Shown in pieces: positions 40,260 to 49,126 of a stretch of 64,000 nucleotides of DNA. Within the stretch, counting starts at the first letter, position 1. Every line of letters starts with the position of its first letter. The stretch is from assembly GCA_001563335.1 (NCBI GenBank), contig LRSL01000069.1, positions 64,001 through 128,000 of the forward strand, given 5' to 3'. The notes beneath the pieces are model-generated. The model was not told the DNA's origin. It saw only the letters and a program-made list of their open reading frames with translations, and searched no databases. The position numbers and the translations under genes are program-made. The DNA comes from Candidatus Thorarchaeota archaeon SMTZ1-45 (lineage in GTDB: Archaea; Asgardarchaeota; Thorarchaeia; Thorarchaeales; Thorarchaeaceae).

Positions 40260-42083
40260 ATGTGTGGAATAATTGCTGTAATTCAGGAACGTGGTGTTGT
40301 TGCTCCATTCCTTCATCAAGCCCTAAAACGACTTGAATATCGTGGTTATGATTCAGTTGGGGTGACTACCATTGCAAATAATACATTATACACCAAGAAA
40401 GACAAAGGAAAGATTGAGGAAGTTCACAAACGGCTCAATCTTGACGAGATGCCAGGACTAATCGGGATTGGACATACTCGATGGGCAACTCATGGAGCAC
40501 CATCTATGCTAAACGCACATCCACATTTTGATTGTGAAGATAAGATTGCAGTTGTTCATAATGGAGTAATTGATAATTTTATAGAATTGAGAAAAGAGCT
40601 AAGTGAAAAAGGACACAAGTTCAATTCTGAAACTGATACTGAGGTTATACCTCATATGATTGAGGATTTTGTAAAAGATGGGCTCGGTTTGATTGAAGCT
40701 ATCAAAGAAGTTACCAAGCGTATTGAAGGCACATATGCAATAGTAGCTATGTCAACTGAAGAAAGTGATAAAATTGTATGTACACGTGATGGTAATCCTT
40801 TAGTCATTGGAACAAAATCTGGAGCCTCATACGTTTCTTCAGATATTCCTGCTTTTTTACCTATGACTAATGATATGATTCTGCTTCTAGATGGAGAGAT
40901 TGCAAGTCTCACAACTGAAGGTATTCATATTGAGAAATTGTCAAATGGCGCAATAGTCGATCGAGAAACTATCAAGATTAGTTGGACTGCTGATCAAGCA
41001 AAGAAAAGTGGATATCCTCACTTTATGTTAAAAGAGATACATGAGCAACCTGATGCTATTAAAGAAACACTTAGGCTCCGACCAGAAATCGTAAAAGAAG
41101 CGGCAAGTATAATCAAAGAATCTGAAAATGTGTATATGATAGCAATGGGCACATCAGGACATGCAGCGCAAGCAGGACGCCATATGTTTGCATCATTGGC
41201 AGGTATACTTCCATCATTTGAATTGGCGAGTGATTTTCCAGATACAGTTTATGGATCATTATCGGAGAAGGACTGTATTATAGCTATTACACAATCGGGT
41301 GAAACCACAGATACGATTACTGCTGTTAAATATGCAAAACAACATGGTTCGAAGATTATAGCAATCACTAATGTTGTTGGAAGCTCGATAACGCGTCTTG
41401 CTAATCATACTATTATAACTCAAGCTGGACCCGAGATAGGTGTAGCTGCAACAAAGACTTTCATGGTTCAGCTTACTTCTCTTGCTTTAATTGCACTAGA
41501 ATTGGGAGAAATGACAGGTTTTAGGAATTCCAAGGAGATTGTAAAGAAACGGAATTCTTTAGAGAAATTACCTGAGCTTGTTTCAGAAGTCATATCAAGA
41601 AATGAAGAAAAAGCTAGAAGATTAGCTTCAATTCTTCATGAGAAACCGAGCCTTCTTTTCTTAGGAAGAGGTATTTCCATAGCAACTGCTGAAGAGGGGG
41701 CATTAAAACTCAAAGAAATTTCTTATAATCATGCAGAGGCATACTCTGCTGGTGAATCAAAACATGGACCTATTGCACTTGTTCAGAATGATTATCCTGT
41801 CATATTCATAGCTCCTTCTGATGATACTAGGAATCGAATTGTTGGTAATATAATGGAAATGAAAGCAAGAGGTGCAAAAATCATATCTGTAATCCAAAAA
41901 GATGATGATGAGATTAGGGATTTATCGGATTATGTGTTTACAATTCCTGAGATTGTAGAATCGGAATATTCTGTGATGCCATACATTGTTCCTTTGCAGT
42001 TGTTCAGCTATTATATGGCTTTGAGAAAAGGCTATGATCCTGATAAACCACGGAATCTAGCAAAATCAGTCACTGTTCTTTAG
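40260..42083 (+). CDS. glmS: glutamine-fructose-6-phosphate aminotransferase
   Basis: MCGI, RGYDS, GHTRWATHG, KHGP, DKPRNLAKSVT. Confidence 0.98.
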   Translation: MCGIIAVIQERGVVAPFLHQALKRLEYRGYDSVGVTTIANNTLYTKKDKGKIEEVHKRLNLDEMPGLIGIGHTRWATHGAPSMLNAHPHFDCEDKIAVVHNGVIDNFIELRKELSEKGHKFNSETDTEVIPHMIEDFVKDGLGLIEAIKEVTKRIEGTYAIVAMSTEESDKIVCTRDGNPLVIGTKSGASYVSSDIPAFLPMTNDMILLLDGEIASLTTEGIHIEKLSNGAIVDRETIKISWTADQAKKSGYPHFMLKEIHEQPDAIKETLRLRPEIVKEAASIIKESENVYMIAMGTSGHAAQAGRHMFASLAGILPSFELASDFPDTVYGSLSEKDCIIAITQSGETTDTITAVKYAKQHGSKIIAITNVVGSSITRLANHTIITQAGPEIGVAATKTFMVQLTSLALIALELGEMTGFRNSKEIVKKRNSLEKLPELVSEVISRNEEKARRLASILHEKPSLLFLGRGISIATAEEGALKLKEISYNHAEAYSAGESKHGPIALVQNDYPVIFIAPSDDTRNRIVGNIMEMKARGAKIISVIQKDDDEIRDLSDYVFTIPEIVESEYSVMPYIVPLQLFSYYMALRKGYDPDKPRNLAKSVTVL

Positions 42084-42116
42084 GTCTTTAAATTATATGA
42101 ATCATTAGAGTATATT

Positions 42117-42374
42117 GTGAAACCAATGTGGCTGTTTTCGATTCTTAGTCCATTAACTGATTTCGCGAATTTGATAACGGATTATTTTATTGAAATCTGG
42201 GACTTCCTCATTTTCATAGGGAACATTTCAGCATTCATAGTTGTTTTAGTAGGTGCGATTCTGTGGTTTACAGGTATTAATGATAAGAGAGGAAAGGGAT
42301 TGATTTTTAGTGGTATTCTTCTAGCGATTATTATTCAATACTTTATGTTTTACCCACCTTCATTTGTGTTATAG
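42117..42374 (+). CDS. small two-TM membrane protein, CedA1/VirB2 pilin-like
   Basis: Amphipathic helix + IVVLVGAILWFTG + DKRGKGLIFSGILLAIII hairpin. Confidence 0.55.
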   Translation: MKPMWLFSILSPLTDFANLITDYFIEIWDFLIFIGNISAFIVVLVGAILWFTGINDKRGKGLIFSGILLAIIIQYFMFYPPSFVL

Positions 42375-43583
42375 AAACTCTTTCGCAATAATTGTAATTG
42401 TTTCCACAAGACGATCTATGTCTTCTATCGAGTTATACGCATGAATTGATGCTTGAATCATTCCATCAGCTGATATTGATTGAATAAGAGAATGTGCACA
42501 GAGTACACCACTCCTTACAGCTATATGTGACTCATCAAGAAACAGTGCAACGTCATGGCAGTTAATTCCATCTTCAGATATGAGATTAAACCCGAAAATA
42601 GTATTATTCTCATCGGGTTCACCATAAATGATTAGACCATCTACCTCTGCAAGTCTTTTAACAAGATATTTCGATAGTTTGTTAATATGTTTTGTAAGTC
42701 CAATTGATTGAAGATTTGTAAGATATTCAAGAGACGCATCTAATCCAGCAATCGCAGGTATGTTAAGATAACCCGATTCAAATTTGTCTGGTTGCAATGC
42801 AATATCAAAAGATTTGTCTTCGACATTTGTGACAGAAGAGCTACCCAATATCCCTGGCTTGTGTGCTTCACCAATTGATTTGTCAATCCATTGAATTGCT
42901 AAACCTGGTGGTCCCATTAGGCCAATGTTAGCTGATAGAATTAAAATGTCGGATCCAAGCGTTGTTAGTGTTTCACTACTAAGCCCTGCTGAACGTGTAA
43001 CATCGGTCAATAAAAGTGCATTAGATTGATGAACGATTTTTGCAGCTTCATGAATTGGATTACGTGTTCCAGGACCAGGTGATACATGACCGACTGCCAC
43101 TAGACCTGTGTTATCATCTACCTTTCTTTCCAATTCATCAATACGCAGGTTTCCTTTGTTATCAGTTGGAACTATTTCTATATCCAGTCCTAATATCTTG
43201 GCCGATTGTAGAAGTGAAATGAAAATAGAATTTTCTTCTCCTTGTCCAATCACTATCTTGTTTTTTCTGTTAGTCTTCCAGTCATATCCATACACAAATG
43301 ATGCAACTGCAGTAGGAATTGATTGTTGAAAAGAAATCTGAGATTTATCGGTTTCAAAAAACATGCCTAATGATTTTCTTGTGTCTTCAACAATTGTACT
43401 ACCTTTCACTGCTAATCGATAAGCACCACGACGTGAAGAAGATATTACGGAATCAAGAAAACTGTTTACAGCAGTCACAGCCTTTCTTGGAACAAGAGTT
43501 GTACTTGCAGAATCAAAATATGCTAAATCTGGAATATGATCATAAACACCAAAATCAGACTTTATGTGAAATTCAGCAGACAT
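42369..43583 (-). CDS. SufS/class V aminotransferase homolog with degenerate PLP site
   Basis: YFDSAST, GPPG, KFESG, VRSGVLCA present; the SxHK lysine motif reads LSANIG. Confidence 0.8.
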   Translation of the reverse strand: MSAEFHIKSDFGVYDHIPDLAYFDSASTTLVPRKAVTAVNSFLDSVISSSRRGAYRLAVKGSTIVEDTRKSLGMFFETDKSQISFQQSIPTAVASFVYGYDWKTNRKNKIVIGQGEENSIFISLLQSAKILGLDIEIVPTDNKGNLRIDELERKVDDNTGLVAVGHVSPGPGTRNPIHEAAKIVHQSNALLLTDVTRSAGLSSETLTTLGSDILILSANIGLMGPPGLAIQWIDKSIGEAHKPGILGSSSVTNVEDKSFDIALQPDKFESGYLNIPAIAGLDASLEYLTNLQSIGLTKHINKLSKYLVKRLAEVDGLIIYGEPDENNTIFGFNLISEDGINCHDVALFLDESHIAVRSGVLCAHSLIQSISADGMIQASIHAYNSIEDIDRLVETITIIAKEFL

Positions 43584-43660
43584 GATTAGTATTTTTGAAA
43601 GAAGCGACTTTAATACAATGCTATACATTGACCAATTTGATTATAGTGAACAGGAATATT

Positions 43661-44644
43661 ATGGAAGGTTATTTCATTATTACCACAGAGAATCTTATCT
43701 TTGAAGTAAAGGGTGTAGTTCATCCCAGAAACCGTGTTATTGCATATCTTCGATATGTTCCGAGTGACAATGAGAGTTCTGAGTTAGTTACTAATTACAG
43801 GAAAATATATGCATTACATGAGAGAGAGAAGTATCTTCAGACTAATTATCCATCTTATCTCTGGTTCAGTAAATCACATGGAAGAGTAGTGCAATCAGTG
43901 CCTAATGATAGGATAAAATCTATTCTTAATCCCATGGATTGTTTGATAAATCTCAGGAGTCATATTGATGATGTGTCTAATTTGGGACAGGCATCTGTGA
44001 ATTTGTCTGAGAGATTGGTGGAATCTACAGGCATTGAACTGTCTAATATAGGAATTACGGGATCGCAACTTATTGGGATTTCCAGAGAAGATTCAGATAT
44101 TGACCTAGTAGTGTATGGTTCAGATGTCTGCCGAAGTTTCTATTCTAATATGTCTAAGAATATAGATTTGATTACAGGTATCAAGCGGTATACAGGAATT
44201 TTACTTGATGAGCATGTTTCTTTTAGATGGGGAGCTCATGAAAGTATGAGATTGATACTTCGAAAGATTGAGCAATCGAAGATATTGCAAGGTTTATTTG
44301 AAGAGTATCATTTCTTTGTGAGATTAGTCAAGATTCCGGATGATCTCAATTATGTCTATGGTGATATTTCATTCCAGATGAAAGGTCAACAGCTAGTCAC
44401 AGGAAAAATATTGAATGATAGTGATGCTATATTCACACCTTGTGAATATCTTGTGGAATGTTATGAGATACCAAATCTCAAGAAACTTGTTAGCTATAGA
44501 GGTCGGTTTACTGAACAGATTATACGCGATGAATTTTTTGAAGCACAAGGAAGACTCGAGATAGTTACTAATCATAAAAAGGAGGAGCAATATATGCAGC
44601 TTGTCTTAGGTGAGCTTCCTACTGATTATTTAATTCCAAAGTAG
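43661..44644 (+). CDS. archaeal nucleotidyltransferase (COG1665-like)
   Basis: FEVKGVVHP, AYLRY, GITGS..SDIDLVVYG, SYRGRF. Confidence 0.8.
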   Translation: MEGYFIITTENLIFEVKGVVHPRNRVIAYLRYVPSDNESSELVTNYRKIYALHEREKYLQTNYPSYLWFSKSHGRVVQSVPNDRIKSILNPMDCLINLRSHIDDVSNLGQASVNLSERLVESTGIELSNIGITGSQLIGISREDSDIDLVVYGSDVCRSFYSNMSKNIDLITGIKRYTGILLDEHVSFRWGAHESMRLILRKIEQSKILQGLFEEYHFFVRLVKIPDDLNYVYGDISFQMKGQQLVTGKILNDSDAIFTPCEYLVECYEIPNLKKLVSYRGRFTEQIIRDEFFEAQGRLEIVTNHKKEEQYMQLVLGELPTDYLIPK

Positions 44645-44803
44645 TCGAGATTGTCTTTCACAGATTGTTCATATTTACATTAATTCACACATCAATTGTG
44701 TGAATGGCGCCTTTATTGTGAATGGTCTGGGAGAAACAGACTTCTTATTGCTCTGATGAGGAAAAATAGATATTATATGTTTCATGATACCTGTGAATAG
44801 ACA

Positions 44804-44826
44804 CACCCCTTCGTTTCCTGTGGAAA
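44804..44826 (-). promoter_or_regulatory. ORB (origin recognition box)
   Basis: Reverse complement TTTCCACAGGAAACGAAGGGGTG matches the archaeal ORB TTCCAnTGGAAAC-nAAGGGG; lies in a 470-bp intergenic region. Confidence 0.7.
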
Positions 44827-45118
44827 TGGGTAAATAGACATATGGAATCCTTACATGTTCATTCACAAATAGGATAAATTAGTGAATGATAAAATGGCTG
44901 GAAAATATCTTTTATTTAATGAAAAAAGGGCTCATATTGCTTTTTTATGACAAAAAAGACTTTGAAGGACGTCAGCACAACAAAAACGAAACGGACGAAC
45001 TCTATATGTGTACAGACACACTATGTAGCTCTTATCTTGGTATACATAATTCACATACTCACACTTATTTGGGGTTGTAGTTATTTTGATTGTGAATACT
45101 AAAGAGGAGTAAATTTGT

Positions 45119-45748
45119 TTGAGCGGTGATGATAGAACTAACTATGTGTATGAATTCACATACAGTTCAGCACCGGGTCTTCGTGAGATATTCCAATGTA
45201 AGTATGTCAAACCAAATGAAGCACTTAACAGGTTTAGAAAGATCTTGGCATTAACAGAGTCACCTTTTGATTTCAAGATAGTTGTATCTGATGAAACAAT
45301 GGGAGAAGAGTCTAGTTTTCAAGTGAAGGGTGGTAGTGTAGAAGAAATGTTTGTCAAATTCAAGGTCTTTCTCGAAACAAGCACTGGGTTCGTCTTTGAA
45401 CCAGTTAGTGAGGAAATTACAGAAGTTGGACTAGAGGATACTCGATTTGAATCAATGAGTAATTATGATAAAATGCAAGTGATAATATATGCATCGTTTA
45501 AACATGGCAAATTTTCTTCACTTGATGTTACTGAGATATATCAGGATTCATTCAATGAAGATCTTCCAAAAAGCACAGCATCTACATATCTTGCAAGAAT
45601 GTGGAATAATGGCAAGGGACATTTAGAGCGGTATGGAAATCGTTCAGGTTATACATATAGACTACGAACTGAAATTGCAGAGGTTCAAAAAGAAACTGAA
45701 AGAGCAGAGGAGCTTCTTGCTGCTATACAAATGCGTGTTCGTGATTAA
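45119..45748 (+). CDS. hypothetical protein with C-terminal winged helix
   Basis: FSSLDVTEIYQDSFNEDLPKSTASTYLARM..GHLERYG..GYTYRL. Confidence 0.75.
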   Translation: MSGDDRTNYVYEFTYSSAPGLREIFQCKYVKPNEALNRFRKILALTESPFDFKIVVSDETMGEESSFQVKGGSVEEMFVKFKVFLETSTGFVFEPVSEEITEVGLEDTRFESMSNYDKMQVIIYASFKHGKFSSLDVTEIYQDSFNEDLPKSTASTYLARMWNNGKGHLERYGNRSGYTYRLRTEIAEVQKETERAEELLAAIQMRVRD

Positions 45749-45781
45749 GTTAAAACCATTGTAAGAATTTAATCTTCATCA

Positions 45782-47098
45782 TCACAAATCAAATGTTTTT
45801 TCATCCATTGTAATATTGAGTGTTTCCAATTCCTTGAGTATTGGTTCATAGATTTCTGGAATTATTGGTCTATGAACACCAGTTAGAGTAATCTTTTCAT
45901 TGAGAATCATTTTGCTTGCTATAGCAACTGGAAGAGCTACAGTTCTTGACATTGAGCTATCTCCATTTGGAATGCCATAGTCAATGAGTGTAGAAGTAAT
46001 TCTTTGTTGTTTGTCTGGGTATTGTACTAGAAATTCATGATGCATAACAATCATATCACGCTCTCCAGGTGAATATTGTAGTTTTTCTTCAAATAAATTA
46101 CAGAGAGCATCTAGAATTGTGTTAGTACCTGAAGGAATTTTTTCCTCTTTAAACAGTCCTAGCCATTCCAAGCGTCTAATAATTGGATCATTGGGTGCAA
46201 TGTTACAAATCTTTGCAATTGTAGATTTTATGTTGGAATCACTTGATGATGTTAATTCTTTCAAAAGGTCAGCATAAGTTAATCCTTCAAGAGACCGTTC
46301 TTCTAAATTTAGAAGACCCAAATCTGCTATTTTGTCTAATGTACTGCACCAACCAACGTTCCTAAATGTTCCACGAAGCATTGTTTTTGTTTCAGGAATA
46401 TTATAGATATCTATGTATGAAAGACTATCACGATTAGGATATCCTTCAAAAGTACCTATTCCAGGAACTTCCATAAGTTCACAATTTTCGAAAAGCTCAG
46501 GACCAGGAATGTTAATCTCTTTTCCATCACGCAGAAATTTTGCATCATTTCGTCCAGCGAGAAGCACTCCGCGTGGACTCCAAGACAATTTGTATCCATA
46601 AGGATTATTATTTGAATCTGGAGCTGGAAGTCCTCCAGTAAAAGAAGTAAAACTTACAATCTTTCCATTATTGTTATGAACTTCATCAATAATTTTCATA
46701 GCACTCATATGATCGATACCTGGGTCAACTCCACATTCGTTTAGAAGAAGAATTCCAGCTTTCCTTGCATTATCATCAAGAGCTTTCATCTCATTTGAAA
46801 TATATGATGTAGTACAGAAGTGTGTCTTGTGTCTTATCGCAACTTTAGCAGCCTTAACATGATATGTATATGGTAATAGAGAACAAACAAGGTCAGCTTT
46901 TTTGGTGAGCTCTTCTAAGAGATTGTCATCCTTTGCTATATTGAAAGTCACAGCCTCGGTATTTTTGCAACCTTCAATCAAATGTTCAGCTTTACTTATT
47001 GTACGACTTGCAACAATTATATTGAAGCCATTATCAGACAGATATTGTATATATGGTCGAGCTACTAATCCGGCACCCAAGCACACTATTTTCTTCAT
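45782..47098 (-). CDS. saccharopine dehydrogenase (glutamate-forming, Lys9/AASS SDH domain)
   Basis: LGAGLV, SLLPY, TTSY, GVDPGIDHM, SWSPRG, YPNRDS, MSRTV. Confidence 0.92.
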   Translation of the reverse strand: MKKIVCLGAGLVARPYIQYLSDNGFNIIVASRTISKAEHLIEGCKNTEAVTFNIAKDDNLLEELTKKADLVCSLLPYTYHVKAAKVAIRHKTHFCTTSYISNEMKALDDNARKAGILLLNECGVDPGIDHMSAMKIIDEVHNNNGKIVSFTSFTGGLPAPDSNNNPYGYKLSWSPRGVLLAGRNDAKFLRDGKEINIPGPELFENCELMEVPGIGTFEGYPNRDSLSYIDIYNIPETKTMLRGTFRNVGWCSTLDKIADLGLLNLEERSLEGLTYADLLKELTSSSDSNIKSTIAKICNIAPNDPIIRRLEWLGLFKEEKIPSGTNTILDALCNLFEEKLQYSPGERDMIVMHHEFLVQYPDKQQRITSTLIDYGIPNGDSSMSRTVALPVAIASKMILNEKITLTGVHRPIIPEIYEPILKELETLNITMDEKTFDL

Positions 47099-47100
47099 TC

Positions 47101-48405
47101 TTAATTATCCTCCTTTGAAAGATATTGTTCAAGATATTGAAATTCTCTAGTTAGTTGTCCTCGATAGACTATCACAGCATCTTTGAGTTCACGAGGTAAA
47201 TCAAGTTTTGAATATGGTACTGTGAAATCTGTACTTGCTAGAGCTGGAATAAAATCAAGAAGTGTTTCGCTAAAGGATGTAGATGATTCACGTGGAAGTT
47301 CACATGGCAGATTGTCTACAGCCATGATTACAGGTCCTTCACCTTCTATACCTAGCTCTGCTCGATCTTCATCAATAATGTATGTGAATGCTGGTTTATC
47401 TGGACTTGTGCATTGAACAGTGAATTCTATTGCCCCTCTTATATCACAAGAAATGTCGCCTATTATTTGGAGCTTTCGATTATCATTGTGCCAATGATTA
47501 CGAATAAAATCAAGAGTCAATAATCTTGGATATTTGTCTGACCAGTATATGCAGTTCATCAATACTGTGAGATAAGGGACGTGTTTATGGAAAACACCGA
47601 TATACTTTGTTTTTCCATATTTGTAATAGTCTTGGAGATCAAACTTTGTTGATGGATCCTTGGGTTCAACCATGTGCTCTTCTTTGAATATGCATTTATA
47701 GATTAGATTTGGTTCAGGTGTTAGATGAGGTAATTCTTCTGGATTGATAGTCTTGTGAGGAAGAATATCAAAGATTTCTTGAGCACCTCTAGAAACATTT
47801 CCATAACCTGCAAATCCTATCACAAAGGGCATTAATTTGTCAGGAAGTCCTTGTTCCTTGATTCGGTTACCGAGAAGTCTAAACTCTTCTTTTAGTTCAT
47901 TAAGCTCTCTTATCTCAAGTGTTGGCTTCATTTTAGAAAATGGATTAGGCCTTATCCCCATTATTTCAAGACGCTTACCAAGTATACGAAATGTATTTGA
48001 AATCCCGGCCATACCAGCCCAGTTGCCAAAGAAAATGAGTCTTCGACCTTTTTCATTGACCACTTTTTCATAATCAATCAGTGTTGCTCCAACATCCATT
48101 ATTTTTTTGAGCATGGGCATATTTTTTGGTTGGCCCTTGACAGTATGACTAAAGAATATGTATACGACATCTTTCTCAAAGATATCAAGAGGCATCTCTT
48201 TTATTCCCATTACAATAGATACACCACTGCCTCTTAATGATTGAACATCAATATCATACTCGTCCTCTGAAAATGCACGTTGATCACTTGGTTCTAACAC
48301 AAAGTCAATATCATATTTACTCTGTAATAATTTAACATGGTCAGGCACCACTGGAACTCGAGTTTCAAATGCTTTCTCTTCTTTCCTAAGTCCAATTCGA
48401 TTCAT
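47101..48405 (-). CDS. lysine-ketoglutarate reductase (AASS LKR domain)
   Basis: GIKEMP, FFSHTVKGQPKNM, IDYEK, GNVSRGA, NCIYW..YPR, DISCD, VDNLP. Confidence 0.88.
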   Translation of the reverse strand: MNRIGLRKEEKAFETRVPVVPDHVKLLQSKYDIDFVLEPSDQRAFSEDEYDIDVQSLRGSGVSIVMGIKEMPLDIFEKDVVYIFFSHTVKGQPKNMPMLKKIMDVGATLIDYEKVVNEKGRRLIFFGNWAGMAGISNTFRILGKRLEIMGIRPNPFSKMKPTLEIRELNELKEEFRLLGNRIKEQGLPDKLMPFVIGFAGYGNVSRGAQEIFDILPHKTINPEELPHLTPEPNLIYKCIFKEEHMVEPKDPSTKFDLQDYYKYGKTKYIGVFHKHVPYLTVLMNCIYWSDKYPRLLTLDFIRNHWHNDNRKLQIIGDISCDIRGAIEFTVQCTSPDKPAFTYIIDEDRAELGIEGEGPVIMAVDNLPCELPRESSTSFSETLLDFIPALASTDFTVPYSKLDLPRELKDAVIVYRGQLTREFQYLEQYLSKEDN

Positions 48406-48552
48406 TGTTTGTCCTCTATATTCCAGCTCAATGTGGAGGTGGTGTTAATGCCGTGGGCCAAGTTACTTACGCTTTAACTTTTCCTTGCCGGCCAACTATT
48501 ATATTACTAGAATTAAAAATCAGAACACGTGTTCTCTAATTGGTTGTTTTAG

Positions 48553-48840
48553 ATGGCTTTGTATTTGTACTTGTATGACTGTCAGCATGCAAGAAGAACT
48601 AATGCTAGACGTGTTGCTTTCACTAAGGAGCTTTATGGATATTTTTACTCTTGGAAAACAAAATCAGGAATCAGGCAAAAAAGAAAACCAGGTCTTTTAG
48701 AAGAATGTCCTGGTGCAGAGGCTGTTGCAGATTCAGCTATTCTTGTTCCTTCTGAATATCGTTCTATTTTTGATATACTCTTTAAAATGTATGAGGATAT
48801 TCTCAAATTGAGGATCTATGAAGTTGTTCAAGAATTATAG
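48553..48840 (+). CDS. small Cas2/VapD-like ferredoxin-fold protein (no CRISPR nearby)
   Basis: YLYLYD...RRVAFTKELYGY...GAEAVADSAILVP resembles the Cas2/VapD beta1-Asp and QxS strand pattern. Confidence 0.5.
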   Translation: MALYLYLYDCQHARRTNARRVAFTKELYGYFYSWKTKSGIRQKRKPGLLEECPGAEAVADSAILVPSEYRSIFDILFKMYEDILKLRIYEVVQEL

Positions 48841-48959
48841 GAATAAATATTTAGAACATGTGTTCTAATTTTATTACTTGTATTACAACACAGATAATAC
48901 AAATTCAATGTAAATTTGATCTATCATTTCTTATGGAACATGTGTTCTAAAATCAATTG

Positions 48960-49126
48960 GACCCCCTTGTTTCCACTAGAGATTATTACTAGCTATCTAA
49001 TCGTTTAAATATCAAAAAATATATATAATCGTTTTAGAAGCTGTTTTTATCTCCATTTTTTTAACATAAAATAATACCCGCTGAAACCATTCTCCATAAG
49101 ATCTTTCTAGTGGAAATGAAGGGGTC
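48960..49126. other. putative replication origin (oriC): inverted ORBs at 48960-48982 and 49105-49126 flanking an about 120-bp AT-rich DUE
   Basis: CTCTAGTGGAAACAAGGGGGTC (minus) and TTCTAGTGGAAATGAAGGGGTC (plus); spacer is A/T tracts. Confidence 0.8.

Noticed and set aside
44675-45080. 63-64-aa ORFs in the ORB-containing gap
   Set aside because: Low-complexity AT-rich translations without RBS or motifs
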